A stretch of 64,000 nt of DNA, taken from Lama glama (taxonomy: Eukaryota). Shown in pieces: positions 26,751-39,514 of this stretch (position 1 is its first letter; the number at the start of each line of letters is the position of its first letter). The stretch spans positions 31,002,001-31,066,000 of the forward strand of contig CM052816.1 in the NCBI GenBank assembly GCA_028534125.1. The letters run 5' to 3'. The position numbers were made by a program, and so were the translations under genes. The notes under the pieces are model-generated. The model did not search any database, was not told the DNA's origin, and saw only the letters and a list, made by a program, of their open reading frames with translations.

Positions 26751-27027
26751 AGTACACATTTTATTAACAGAAATATACAACTATATTTGCCCAAAATATA
26801 AGGACTACAATTTTATCAGAATCTTTGAAGTTTTATTATTCTAATGCTAAATTTGATTCCTGATTTTCTCCTACAAGTGAAACTGATACAAATTTTTGCA
26901 TCAATATGTTTCCCAAATGTCACATCATCATTTTTTACCTCCCCCCCACCTCATTTTACATAGAAAATCAATTGCTGAAATAATTTTATCCCTAAATCAA
27001 GAGTTATTCACTGAATGCTTTTTTATC

Positions 27028-27210
27028 CTGGAGTCAAACAGACCTGCATTCAAATCGCAGCTCAGTTACTGACTAGCCATATGATCTCACTCAGTTTCTT
27101 CATTTACAGAATGGACATAATAAATGGTATCTATTCCACAGGGTTACAGTGAAGAGTAAACTAGATAATATATTTCAAGCAATGGCACATACTAACCACT
27201 CAGTAAGTTG
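27028..27210 (+). mobile_element. MIR SINE
   Basis: CTGGAGTCAAACAGACCTGCATTCAAATC...CTCAGTTTCTTCATTTACAGAATGG. Confidence 0.8.
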
Positions 27211-27979
27211 GGAGATGCTGTCCCTGTGATACAGATTTAGCCCTAATCTAGCAATGATTACAGTCTTACTTTAAACCAGTCATATTTAAACAGATGTGTC
27301 TAAAAAAGAACATCAAAAATACTCATGTAACTTATAAAAATGTAACTTATATCCCACACCTCATTCTGAGATTTGTTACTGGCGGAAGGACAAAGAGTAA
27401 GGTATAGGCACAAAGGGCTAGAAAACTATCCTCCAATGACTCTGAAAGCACAGTTGAAATCACGATTTTAAGTACTGAATCTATTAAACCTTTCATAAGA
27501 GGACATTCTCAAACTTACTAACAGTCAAAATATTGGATTTGTTAAAATGCCCAATTCAAATTTCCTATTTCCCATTAAATGTATTTTATTCAATAAAACA
27601 TTTGTTTATACAGCAAGCTCTCTTAGCAATAAATGCTTAATTAAAATAATTGTATTGTTTTTAAAACCTCAGAATGATTTAAGATGTAGAAAAAATATTT
27701 TCCCTCTATAATCTATTCCTAATTGGGGATTTATGAGTTTATAAAATCAGAAAGACAATGCCCTGTCATCACTGCCACTGTGTAAAGAGCGATCTTTAAT
27801 GCTATCATCAGGGCCAGATGTGCTTGGGACTCAAAGCTGTTCTTCTACTACGTCAACACAGGTCTCAGTCCCATCTGCTGCTACAAGTTTCTATGTTTTA
27901 CTGTTGTTCCACTGAGCTATTTAGCTCAGCAATTTAGAACAGTCTTGTGAGTGTGAAATAAAAATACTGCAGTAGCCAC

Positions 27980-28610
27980 ATATTCATCCAGTAAAAATAT
28001 AATAATAACTGAAGGTCAACCGTGTGCCAGGCACTGATTTAGGCATGTTCCTTCTCTCAGGAAGTCTACTTTCTAGGGCAAGGGAACAAAAATAAACATT
28101 TTAACAAATAGTATGTTAGGAGATGAAAGTTACACGGAGAAAAGTAGAGTAATTTGGGAGGATACAGAGTGACAGAAGGGACCCTGCAGTTATTTGTAGT
28201 GTGTTCAGGGAAGGCTTCTCTCTGAAGATATATGAGCAGAGAATTAACAGAGGGGAAACAGCAATCCATGTGGATATCGAGGGACGAAGCATTCTAGAAC
28301 AGGAAACAAAATGCAAAGGCCGTGAAGTGTTCTAGGGAAAACAAGGCAACTTCTCTGGATAGGGCAGAGTGAACAGGGGGAAACAGCAACAGATGAAGTT
28401 AACAGGCATAATCCTGGGGTTATATCATCTAGGATCTTACAAGCTACACTAAGGCCTTTGGGTCTTACTTCGAGTTATAAGGGAAAGCCTTAGAGCATAC
28501 AGAGCAGAGAAATAACATAGTCTAAATTATGTTTAAAAATTATGACTGTCGTGTGAAAAATAAGCTACACAGAACAAAGGCAGAAGCAGGGAAACTAGAG
28601 GCACAAATGA
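27980..28610 (-). mobile_element. L2 fragment
   Basis: CGTGTGCCAGGCACTG...TCAGGGAAGGCTTCTCTCTGAAG...AGCATTCTAGAACAGGAAACAAAATGCAAAGGCCGTGAAG. Confidence 0.8.
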
Positions 28611-29392
28611 CAGATTCATGTCAAATGTAAATGATTAGCCACAGGAGAAATAAAATTTCCTGGACTTAATTAATGAACATCGTGACCTAGACCCTCTATT
28701 CCCTGCGACAAGATGGCAAAAGATGTTAGCACCTGTTACATGCCAAACACAGCAAAACTGTTTGCCAAGAAATTAGTCAGACCTCAGGGAAAAAAAAAAT
28801 CACTGTTTGCAAGGCAAATGACACTTCATTTACAAAGATCTTCCCATAACGTACACTAATCCTTAAAGCTTTAGATGTGCGTCCCCAAATCTGTCAGATT
28901 CACGAAAGACAAAACTACAAAGATACAGGAATGAATTATTTACTTCCAGGAATGAGAGACTAAGATCAACTCTCCCACTAAGAATGAAATAGAAAAACGT
29001 GACAAAAAGTAATTAAAAACAAAAAATTTTAAAACATCTGCTTGAAGGTACTGGAGAGCCAACAATAAAGTAATGGTTTATAGCTGAGGATCCAGGAGCA
29101 GCCTAAGGAAGTAAAACTCAGCCTCTGGAGGTGCTTCTCCCCTCCTCCTTAACAAAAGTAGATATTCAAATGACCAACAAAAGAGAAAAAAAAAGGAAAT
29201 CCATCTGATTATCAATTTAAGAAAATAAATATTAAAACCGCAATAAAATACCACTGGACACTCACCAAAATAGCTAACGCTAAAAAGACTTATTACTAAG
29301 TTCTTGTAATAATGTAGAACACATATGACTTGTATCTGCTGGTGGTGTGAGCATAAACGTTAGAACTACTTTAAAATTAAACATACATATAC

Positions 29393-29875
29393 TGTATAAG
29401 ATTGTAAAAATTCTTCACCCTCTACTGTAAACATTACCTCTGAAATGTGACTCTGTAGCATCTTCCATCAATAATTAGAATCTATTCCCCTACTCCTTGA
29501 ATTTGGCCTGTACATTTGACTTACTCTGGCCAACAGAATGTGCTGAGAACAACAGTGTGCCAGCTTGGTGCCCAGACCTCAAGAAGCCTTGTGACATTTC
29601 ATGCTCTCTCTGAACCAAGTGAACAAGCCCAGACTAACCTGTTAAGTGAGGAAACACATGAAACCCAGTCACCTGAGTCACTACAGTAAATAAAGTCATC
29701 CTAACCTAGCCCACCCCTAGCAAGCTGCAAACACACGAGCAAGCCCAGCTGAGAGCAGCCAACCAGCCACCAAACTACCCTGCCCACACACAGACCCATG
29801 AACAATAATAAATGGTTACTGTTTTAAACCACCGAGTTTTGGAGTGGTTTGTTACACAGCAATAGCTAACTGACA
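29393..29875 (+). mobile_element. MaLR LTR (MLT1G/H-like)
   Basis: TGACTTACTCTGGCCAACAGAATG...AATAAATGGTTACTGTTTTAAACCACCGAGTTTTGGAGTGGTTTGTTACACAGCAATAGCTAACTGACA. Confidence 0.85.
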
Positions 29876-30550
29876 GTACCAAAAGTGAGGCACTGCCGTA
29901 ATTTTAAAAACAAAACATGTAATATTGACTTTGGAAACAAACAGTGGCCTAAGGCTTGAAAAATGGTGAGCAAACTTCTCAGCAAAAGCTAGAAAAGGGT
30001 AAGAAAATTTTCACTGGAGGCTGAAAAAAACAGGAACCTGTGCTCTGTAGTAACAAAATAAGTGGCAAAATTGTGTTGCCTATAAGACTTAGAAGATGAA
30101 AACATAACTTAATAAGCATTTAGATTTGCCTGAGATCTCCCTGCAAATGTTAAAAGTCAGTTGGTTGTTCCCAGCTGTGTGTGATAAGGTAATATGGCAA
30201 AAAAGAGATGAGCTAAAGGAAAAAGTGGTGAGTTTATAACCAAAATTTAGAAGGAATAAAGAAGGGCCAGGAGTTGCTGGGTTGGAAAGCACAACTAACT
30301 GCTTCTCATCTCCAGTCTCTCAGCTGGCAAAATATTCTGCAAATGTACAGTCTGGGACTGGAGACCAAATCAAGGGAGTAGATATAAAACTCCTTGTTAA
30401 TGTCTCTAAAAGAGTAACGAAGGGGTCTACAAGACCTTCTCAGCTAAATAAAAGGCCTTCCACTATTGTCTCACGTCAGTCTGACACCCCTAAAATAAGT
30501 CTACAGGAAGCACCGTATCTCAAAAACAATTATAAGTGTGACTTCAGCAT
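29876..30550 (+). mobile_element. MaLR internal sequence (MLT1-int) attached to the preceding LTR
   Basis: Begins GTACCAAAAGTGAGGCACTGCCGTAA, typical of the MaLR LTR-internal junction. Confidence 0.75.
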
Positions 30551-31758
30551 ATCCTAACACCCAGCAATTCCACTCTCTGGCAGATACCCAACAGAAACGG
30601 ATGATCATACGTAACGAGAGGCATGTACCAGAATGGCCACAGCAGCCATGTTCATAATTGCTAAAAACTGCAAACAACCCAAATGCCTATCAACATTATA
30701 ATTAATAAATAAAAAGTGACCTACTCATATGACAATATGCAATTCAGCAATGAAAACAGACAAACTACATCTATACATAAGAAGAATGAGTATCAAAAAC
30801 CTAATTTTGAAGAAGCAAGCAACACAATATAATTCCTTTTAAATAAGGTCAAAAATAAAACAGTCAAGACTAAACCATCATGTTTAGAGATGTATGATTA
30901 GGGAATTAAAAATGTAAAAACATGCAAGAAAATGTTTCATAGAACGTAGATAACATGAGAGGAAAAAGAAAGGAAAGTTATTTAGAAGAGGCTAAGGAGA
31001 ATTCTGGCATGCTGGCAAAATTTTATACCTTGATCTGAGTGGTAGTTACACAGATGTTAGCTTTGTGATTAACTGTACATTTGTGTTTTATGCGCTTCTC
31101 TGTATATACATAATTAACCACATATAAGAGATGTGAGTAAGTGAAACCACATGACAGACTGTGGTAGTCAAAGAACTAAGAACATGTCCAGGTTCAAGAG
31201 CACTTTGGAACAGAACTATTTCGTTTAAATGATATGCTCTACTCAGATTTTACTCAATTCATGTAATCAAAGTAACACTGATTTATTCCGTCAGCCTGTT
31301 TAAGACTAAAGGGGAACAGAGGATTCCCTGTGTTTGCTTAATGATTCAAATAAAATCTAGCAGGTACTATATTATGAGATGAACGGTCACTGTCTCTCAT
31401 CAGGAGCACCCTCCACTTGCAAAAAAAGTTTTTTGAAATGCCTGTTCAATCACGATTCAAAAAGTTCTGATAAAATATTATTACTCCATCATTTATCTGC
31501 TTTTTCAGAAGTTCCTTGTGAAACTGTGCTGTGATGAGACGTTTGAGTAGAATTGCCTCCTAGCCCTACTACAGCTGAAAGCAAAAGCCCTAGACTTTTT
31601 CTTCCAGGGGAAGGCCAGAGATGAGAGAAGCCACAAGAGATGAGAGAACCCTCCCTCAAGTCTTCAGTATGCATCCGAGCTGATGATCAGCACGACTTAT
31701 GTGGTAAGAGACATGTATAACACAAAACAATAATATGCTACACTTAGAACCTTCTCTT

Positions 31759-31910
31759 TAAAAAAAAAAAGTGTTCACAGATGTGAGTTCTTATCTTTTT
31801 ATTTTTAAGATTTTGGGGGGGGGTAATTAGATTTATTTATTTATTTTTCCAGTGGAGGTACTGGGGCTCGAACCCAGGATTTCGTGCATATTAAGCATGC
31901 GCTCTACCAC
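31759..31910 (-). mobile_element. 5'-truncated Vic-1-type SINE with extra 3' sequence, bounded by a 14-bp TSD
   Basis: Reverse reads GTGGTAGAGCGCATGCTTAATATGCACGAAATCCTGGGTTCGAGCCCCAGTACCTCC. TSD TAGAACCTTCTCTT (31745-31758) / TAGAAACTTCTCTT (31911-31924). Confidence 0.92.
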
Positions 31911-32372
31911 TAGAAACTTCTCTTAAAGAAAATGCACTCCTATAAAATAAATGCTGAAAAATGATACATCATAATTCATATTTGTCCAGTTCATATTCTA
32001 CGGCTACACAGCTTTTTCTTTTTTTTCACACAGCTTTTGAAATCTGTAACACAAAGTGTAAGAGGACTGCAGATTGATTCAGTTAAGAGAATTCTTTAAA
32101 AATCTAAATTAAAGAAAAAAGAAAAAAAATTCAGCTTGAATTAGTACCTAACAATTTTAATTAAATTTTTAATTTTTAATTTTTTAATTAAATTAAAGAA
32201 TATAGCAGTTGACTGCTGTTGGTATAGGATATACTATAAGACCATTATAAATAAAACCTTAAGCTTTCCTATGAATCTTTAACTGTGAAATTGGCTACAG
32301 GGCTGGTATACTTTGAAAGAGTATTACAAATGAGACAAAACGCAGTTTTAAAATGAAAGCTAAAGTGTCAAG

Positions 32373-33320
32373 ATGTGTGGTAGATTTAATTCTCCAAATA
32401 TAGACACGGGCCCCTCGTACAGTATGACCTTAACACTTCTCGCATAGAGAAGTGAGGTCAATATTCCTCCCCCTTGAACCTGGGAGACCTTTGTGATTGC
32501 TTCAGCCAATAGAGAGCAACCGAAGTTGTGCAATGTGACTTCTGATTCTGAGTGATAACAATGCCATGCACTTCTGCCTTAGGAGGCTAGCTCTTCGATT
32601 GAGCTGCCATTGGTATTGGAATCTAGTGGAGACTATTAGTTAAAACCTAAAGGGCACTGGGGATAGTGTTAGTGGAAACCTAAAAGGCCCAGAAAGGGTT
32701 GTTGGTGAGGGTTTAAAAGCACTGAAGTGTGATCAAAAGCTGCAAGAAAGGGGTTCCTTGTTTTATCTTGGAGGGAAGTTTAGAAATACTATTGTCAGCA
32801 GAAAAACTGAAAATGGGAAATGTTCCTAATGAACTCAGTGACTGCAAGTGCCACTGGGCTTCTCACTGCATCTAACATATGAGAGGTAAGAGATGAGCTA
32901 AAGAATGAACTGTTAGCTCTAAAAGAGCAAGGACTGGGGGGAGGAGGCTATAGCACAGTGGAAGACTGCATGCCGAGCAGGCACGAGCTCCTGGGTTCAG
33001 TCCTCAGCACCTCCATTAAATAAGTAAACAAACAAACCTCATTACCTCCCTTTCAACAAAAATAAACACGAAGTTAAGATTTGAAAAAAAACAAGAACAA
33101 TGAGTTACAAAAAATATTAAATAGCAAGGACTTGCTGGACTAAACAATAAAACTATGTGAAGTAACATGCACCTCTGTATGTGGAAATGATTCTCCAGTA
33201 ATGAAAGGGCTTCAGGTTAAATCAGACCCACAGTGGGGCTGTAAGCTGCTATGTTAAGACTTCAGAAAGTGCTAAGACAGGGCTTCATAGAAATGTTCAG
33301 ATCGACAAAAGGTTTTATAC
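32373..33320 (+). mobile_element. Partial MaLR (MLT1F/G-like LTR 5' part plus internal sequence)
   Basis: CCCCTTGAACCTGGGAGACCTTTGTGATTGCTTCAGCCAATAGA...TGTGACTTCTGA. The internal part shares AAGAGATGAGCTAAAG with the internal segment near 30205. Confidence 0.7.
32936..33118 (+). mobile_element. Vic-1-type SINE nested in MaLR internal sequence, with extended tail and TSD
   Basis: GGGGGGAGGAGGCTATAGCACAGTGG...GGGTTCAGTCC. TSD AAAGAGCAAGGACT (32922-32935) / AAATAGCAAGGACT (33119-33132). Confidence 0.9.
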
Positions 33321-33321
33321 G

Positions 33322-33800
33322 GTATATCAGACTTCGTTTGTTTGTTTGTTTGTTTTGCTATACAACTAATTACCACAAACTCAGTGGCTTAGAACAACAC
33401 CTAGTTACTGGCTGATAGCTCGTAGGTTGGCTGGCCTAGGTGCCAGTCAGGCAGGGCTCTGATCTGGAGGCTCTGGGGAAGAATCCACTTCCAAGCTCAT
33501 GCAGGTTGGTGGCTGAATCTATCTAGTTCTTGCAGCCAGTGGTCTGTGTTCCCTGTTCCCTTGCTGTCAATCAGAAAACTCTCTCTTCTCCTAGGGGCTG
33601 CCCTCATTCTTTCTCACCAATTTCTTCTTTTTCAAACCAGCAACACGCAGAGTCCTTTGTACACTGTGAATCTTTCCGGCTTCTCTTCTGCTACTAGCCA
33701 GAGAAAACTTTCTGCGTTTAAAATGAACAACTGACTGGGTCAGGCCCACCTAGAAAAATCTCCATATCTTAAACCAACAGACTAGACTTTAATTAAATCT
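33322..33800 (-). mobile_element. MaLR LTR (MLT1D/E-like)
   Basis: AATTACCACAAACTCAGTGGCTTAGAACAACAC...TCTGGAGGCTCTGGGGAAGAATCCACTTCCAAGCTCAT...GGGTCAGGCCCACCTAGA. Confidence 0.85.
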
Positions 33801-33939
33801 CTTTAAAAGATAATTATCTGCTTAAACACAAATATTAATATAATGTGAGGTTTATAACATATTTGAGAAAAATGGTGACACAAGTAGAACGCCAAGGGTT
33901 TGTGGGGGAATGGAAGTACACTACTGTCAAGTTCTTATT

Positions 33940-35020
33940 AAGGCCCGTAACTTGATGCAAAAGGAAAAACGTGTGCCCCAACTCACATGCACTAATGTAT
34001 ATTTTAATGGTTAATATCCTTCTAGAACATTACGGAGAAATTGAAATTCATAACTTTTAAGCTTAAATATTTTATTGATATCAACAATAGAATTTGTTTT
34101 AATTTTACTTTCCTGGTTTTATGAAAGCAAACTTATCAATATTTTTTAAATCTACTTCTTTGCTTATGTTATTTTCAATTGAGGGAAATGCCACGTTAAA
34201 CAATTTCTTTTGACCAAGTGCCGATCATAAGTAATTTCAAATGAGCTTTAGTTTACTGAAACTTCTTTCACAGGACACCACTGTGACTGGTATTGTTTAA
34301 AAAAAAAAATCCCCAAGGTCCCTCTCATATTTAGGTAAAACTGCACTGAGCAAATTTCAGGAACCAGTTTTAGAAGACCCAAACATCATGCTAATTTTAT
34401 ATTACAATTATTGATACTGTTCAACTGCTAAAACAATTTCAAATGAAATTCTTATAGGATTTAAATAATCTAACTTTCTAAGAATCAAGTCAGTGGCTAT
34501 TTTTTGTAAATAGAAGTATTCATAGAAAATAACTTTTCTCTGGCTAAAACTTCAAAATTTGAACATGCTTCATTTAAGTTTTCATATCTTCATTATGACT
34601 GTGAAATTAGGATGCCCATCATCTCCCTAATTTTTGTTTTATATACACTTGTCCCTTCACAACATATACTCTTATCTGGTGATTTGTACACTTCAGACCT
34701 TCTTTACTTTTTTATATTAAAGTTGAGCAGGTAAATTCACAACTCTTATTAAAGTTCTGCATTCATCATATCTTCAAAGTTATATCCCCCCATTCATTGT
34801 AAGCAAAGGGACAGGCTTTCTATTAAGTATACAGCTTTATTTTTAGTCAATTTTTTTGTTTTTTGTAGAGCTTTATTAACTTTTTCTCCTTGGTTCAAAC
34901 AGGTAAGAAAAGAAGGTCACTGGCACCAAAGAACAAAATTCAATAAGGTCTTCTTTAATCTTCCCTTAAATATTTTCTTCCAATTGCTGACAAATAGCAA
35001 TTTATCGTAAAAATATTAGA
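33940..35020 (-). mobile_element. Fossil hAT (Tip100/Zaphod-like) DNA transposon with transposase C-terminal remnant
   Basis: 34296->34105 translates TIPVTVVSCERSFSKLKLI*NYL*SALGQKKLFNVAFPSIENNISKEVDLKNIDKFAFIK, the hAT C-terminal dimerisation motif. Outer boundaries are approximate. Confidence 0.85.
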
Positions 35021-35184
35021 GAGACTATAAAAGAAATAGAAGGAATTATCTTCTTTATGCCTTCTACTTCTACAATCAGTTCCACTTTTGACAAAACTTA
35101 ATACTGGCTTTATAAAGAGCTAGGCATTTCAATTTTCCTGTCCTAAACTGCAAAGACCGCTTTCAGAAATAAAGATATTGATGT

Positions 35185-35390
35185 ACTGTACTGTAATAGA
35201 CACTTTCATATTTCCTATCATACTTAATTCTTAGGAAAACTTTGGGAGGTAGCTATTATTATCCAAATTTTCAGATCAGAATTTGAGCCTCAATCAGATA
35301 AGAAACCTGTTCAAGATTCTTCAGCTACTTCCTAAGAGGCAAACAATGTGATTCCAAACCCTGTGTCATTTTTACTACATACCAATGCCA
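35185..35390 (-). mobile_element. MIR SINE
   Basis: CTTAATTCTTAGGAAAACTTTGGGAGGTAGCTATTATTATCCAAATTTTCAGAT. Confidence 0.65.
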
Positions 35391-37799
35391 CCTTCAAAGT
35401 TCTTCATCTTGTTCTCTATTATATATTAAAATGTAATATAGAGTTATTTCTGAACTGATGGTAGAAATCACAAAGATCCTGAAAAATGCTTTCTCCCAGG
35501 ACACACACCTAGTTAGTAACAAAGTCTAAACCTTCTCTACAACAATATTAACATGCATGAAAAAAAAAAGAAACCATGATTTATAATCTTCAGCCAGACT
35601 TTTTAAAACATAATAAATTAAGTATTCCAGTTGTCCTCAAAATTTGGGGTCTTTAATTTATTAGGATAATCGATTTTTATAATTCTTATAGTAAAGAATG
35701 TGGTATGTTTTTAATACTGCTAATACAAATAAAGGCAAACCCCAACCGTACAAAGCAATCTAAGTAGAGCCTACAAGAATGGAAGCCAGGGGAGACAGTC
35801 ACATCTGAATCCAAATCCAATCAAAATAACTTGGCCGGTAGCAACAGAACCCAACTCAGTATGATTTAGAGGAAAATAGGGAATCGTATTAGAACCAGAA
35901 TCTTCACATGGGCACCAATTAGGTCAACATACTCACATTCTTCTCCGTCAATTCAAGTTGGTACCTGTTTCACTAGGACACACAGAATGCTTGTCTACCT
36001 ACAAGGTTTTTACAAGCATATTCTTATCTGACAAATAAAGAATACCAATGTGTTTATATTTAAGAACTTCCCTCTCCTAACGGATTCTAAAATCATAAAT
36101 CAGTAAGAAATTGGTACTAGGCAGGAGACTTTCTTAATAAACACAGTAGTACTTCTAAATTCTAAGACATGAGAATCTGAAGATTCTGAAGGCACAAATA
36201 AGTAAAATATAAGAACGACAAGCATAAAAAACAGCTAATACAATACAGTGACATGATGTTTAAGTGACTTTAACTGTAATCCACTTATATGACTTGTACT
36301 ATACACTTCACAAACAGACATAGAATACTAATTAAATAATGCAAGCAGTTAAGCCCACCATGTCCCTGAATGAGTGTACATCCTGGAGTCAGTGTGAGAT
36401 GGAAAATGTGAATCTTCTGTTTCCTCAGTCGATGCATGCTGAGGTTTCATGTGTGCTAATGTGATTCTACTACCAAAAGACATACAGGTACTCTACACCT
36501 AAATGTTCAACTAAAGAAACAACAAACTTATCCAACAAACTTCTGAAGAAAAACAATATGGCTGAAATTGACTTACTAAGAAATACTATATTGGGATCCA
36601 ATGTGGTACTTTCCTAAGGGATTTCCTTTCCCTCCCACAAATAGTCTTGTCTCAGATCATCACCTTCTGCACTGACATTAGAGATCCTAAAACCCACCTC
36701 TTCATGTTTCCTTATATGTAAAGTAAAAAAAAAGGCCAACACTCTTTTTTAACATTAACATGCAAAAAGGAAAATAAGTTTTATGGGAGAGGTTGGCAGA
36801 AATGAGGATTAGGGAAGACTATGTGGGCTAATAAAAGGAGTCTTTGAATGTAGATTAGAGTCAACTTGCTATGAATCATGTAGCGCAAGTTAATTCATAA
36901 TAAACTATCTAAAAGAATTTTTATGTCAGAGTTTCACAAATTAACTGAAGCTACTTGTAAACCAAACTTCCCAAAGAAGAGTATGAGAGACAAAAAGCAC
37001 CCTTGGAGAACAGGTCAAGCTTGCCCTCTGTCAGTCCACACAATTGACTGGTAGACACATTCTGGTCAGGAAATGTTTATACTTTGATGCAAATCGCTAC
37101 AGTTAACTTTTGAGATCACTAACAATAAGTTGCTAAGTAAAAATTTCAAGCTCTAAATTTAGTATCCCACCAGCAATTAAAACAACAGGAGAGAGAGAAT
37201 TCGCTTCTTAAAAAAGGATAAAATGTTACAATTTCTACTTCTTTCCATTTGTGAGGGGAATCACGTTTCCTAAGCCTAACTCACACCCTGGCGCTGACAA
37301 AAATGGTAATATTTATACTTTACAATGTGGTTAACCAACCAGGCAGCTTGAGGTTAGGTGACTGGCTGGGCCCTCCAGTTCCCCCAGATACCGCTTGGCT
37401 GTCCCCAGGGCATAAAAGGTCGATCAATGTATCAGCTAACCTGTTACCTACTTCCACTTCAGCTGAGTGGCTATCCTCTAGAAAAACCCAGCACAGACTA
37501 TTTTATTACCAGAAATTCCCTGATTCTCTAGAATTATAAGTACTTCATCAGCCAGACAGCCCACCGGAAAAGGACAGGAACAACTCTCCATGCAATCCTC
37601 TATCGAGGTCATTCTCTCACTCCTCACTAGCAGCAAATGGAAATAAATCACCTACCCTCAGGAAACTTACATGACTATCAAAACAAAATGTTTAAGAGCA
37701 AGATAAAACCATAAAGACTGTGAGAACAGGCACTAGCCACGGACCTCACTTAAGACAGGTGGTAAAGTACTCCCTATGGAAGCACGGTGGCTACCTTAT

Positions 37800-37940
37800 T
37801 AAACTGTACATTATTTTCAGTCCTTCTGGGCAAACTGAAAAAGGTGACTGTTTATTAATTTCAAGGGTCCAATGAGACAAAATATAAAAGCACACAGGAT
37901 GCCTGGCATACGTTAAGTGGTCAATAAACGTTATCTATAA
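37800..37940 (+). mobile_element. MIR 3' part
   Basis: AAATATAAAAGCACACAGGATGCCTGGCATACGTTAAGTGGTCAATAAACGTTATCTAT. Confidence 0.65.
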
Positions 37941-39514
37941 TCATGACCTTCTCGAGTGTTTAAATGCGGCAGTATCCGGAGCAGTGGTTACGCTCTGTGC
38001 ACTGCAGCTATGAGACACTCAGCGGTGATCAGCTCCATCCACCCAGGCTGAACAGAATTCAGAAAAATACAAGGTGGCAGCACTTACAGAAGAGACAGTG
38101 AGGTATCTCAGCCACCTGAAAGTTTTACGTAATATTATGAAGAAAGTAGACGTCCCCTCAGCCTCCAAATGGGCCCTAACCAACATGGACTGACCCAAGG
38201 CAACTTAAGGATTTACTTCTTAAATAAATAAAATTTCTTTATAAGAAATGTTTACCTTTCTAAAGGAATTACCATTAATTAGGCTCCTTTTTAAATTGTA
38301 TTTTTTAAACCTGTTTTTATTTGTGAACTTGTTCTTGTCCGACACAATATCTCCCCATCTCCAAAGATGACCACTCTTTAGAAGCAGACAGCTAAAATAC
38401 ACAGGATTAAGTAGTACTTTATTCATAAAGGTCATGTGTACCACCGAAGAGAAGCATAAATACACTTACATGGCAGCAGTCTTACTATTATGGTGTATTA
38501 TTACCATGCCAACCTAAATACCTGATGAGGTCACTACTATTTAATATAAGTGAATACACAATATCCACTCTCAAAACTAAGAAACCTATAAATTATTCTA
38601 CTTATCTGTCTACAGCAAAAAGGTTTGATATATTTATATAGTATAATCATGCTATTTTAGGTACATGCTTACAACTTTCATATTTTCTTGTACTTTAGAG
38701 TCAAAAAAAGTCAATATACATTACATTCAGTTGAAGAGCAGAGAAAATACCCAAATTAAAATGGGTATGAAAATCTGAGCATCAAGTAGATGAGGCAGAA
38801 GAACATTTGGTTTCTCATTTTAAAATAAGACTAACCTATAACTAGCAACAGATTGTTAATAGATTATTTCTTCTATTATTATAGCATTGACAATTAAGTA
38901 ATCTCGTCCTCCTCCTCTCTTAAATAAAAAGGCTGATTACAGTATGCCTGCCTCATAGGAGTGTTCTGAAACTCGGTATCTGTAGAGTTTTGAGCCTTAT
39001 GGGTAAAAGCTACTAAGTAAATACAAAATATTATAATTGAGAATGGTGATATAAAAGCAAAGGTGGTTTAATATAATAGAAAATTACATTTATTATTGGC
39101 ACATTGCCATTGTGCCTCTGTGGATTTGTTATTTAAGAGCACATACTCTATGAAAGGTCACTGTGGGTGAAAAAAAAATCCCACAGGGTGTTTAAGTAGG
39201 CTACAATGCAGTATTACTAAATAAGGATGTGGTATTCTTCCTCTATATTCATTTGGGAATCATTTCTACTAATTAAGAGAAAAGGAATAGTGATTTGTTA
39301 AAAATGTTGGCCACAGACAATTCAGTCTCAATTCTAATAGCCTGGTTATAAAGTAGAATACTATAACACTGAACAATTTTCTTAATAAGGGCAAACTGCT
39401 GTACAAGCCATCAAGCCAGTACTCAACTATCTTCCAAAATAATGTATTCCTAAAAATATTTTCCAGAATAACTATGTTCCCAACACAATTTCAAACTACA
39501 GCACTGCAAATTCA

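Larger units (their letters stand above)
29145..31125 (+). mobile_element. Old L1 (L1ME-like) ORF2 end/3'UTR split by a MaLR insertion
   Basis: GATATTCAAATGACCAAC...AAATACCACTGGACACTCACCAAAATAGCTAA...AAATTAAACATACATATAC (to ~29392). The element resumes at ~30551 with CCCAGCAATTCCACTC. Confidence 0.75.

Noticed and set aside
32150..32196. AT-only quasi-palindromes (also the TA run near 23020-23048)
   Set aside because: Low-complexity sequence with no specific evidence of function.
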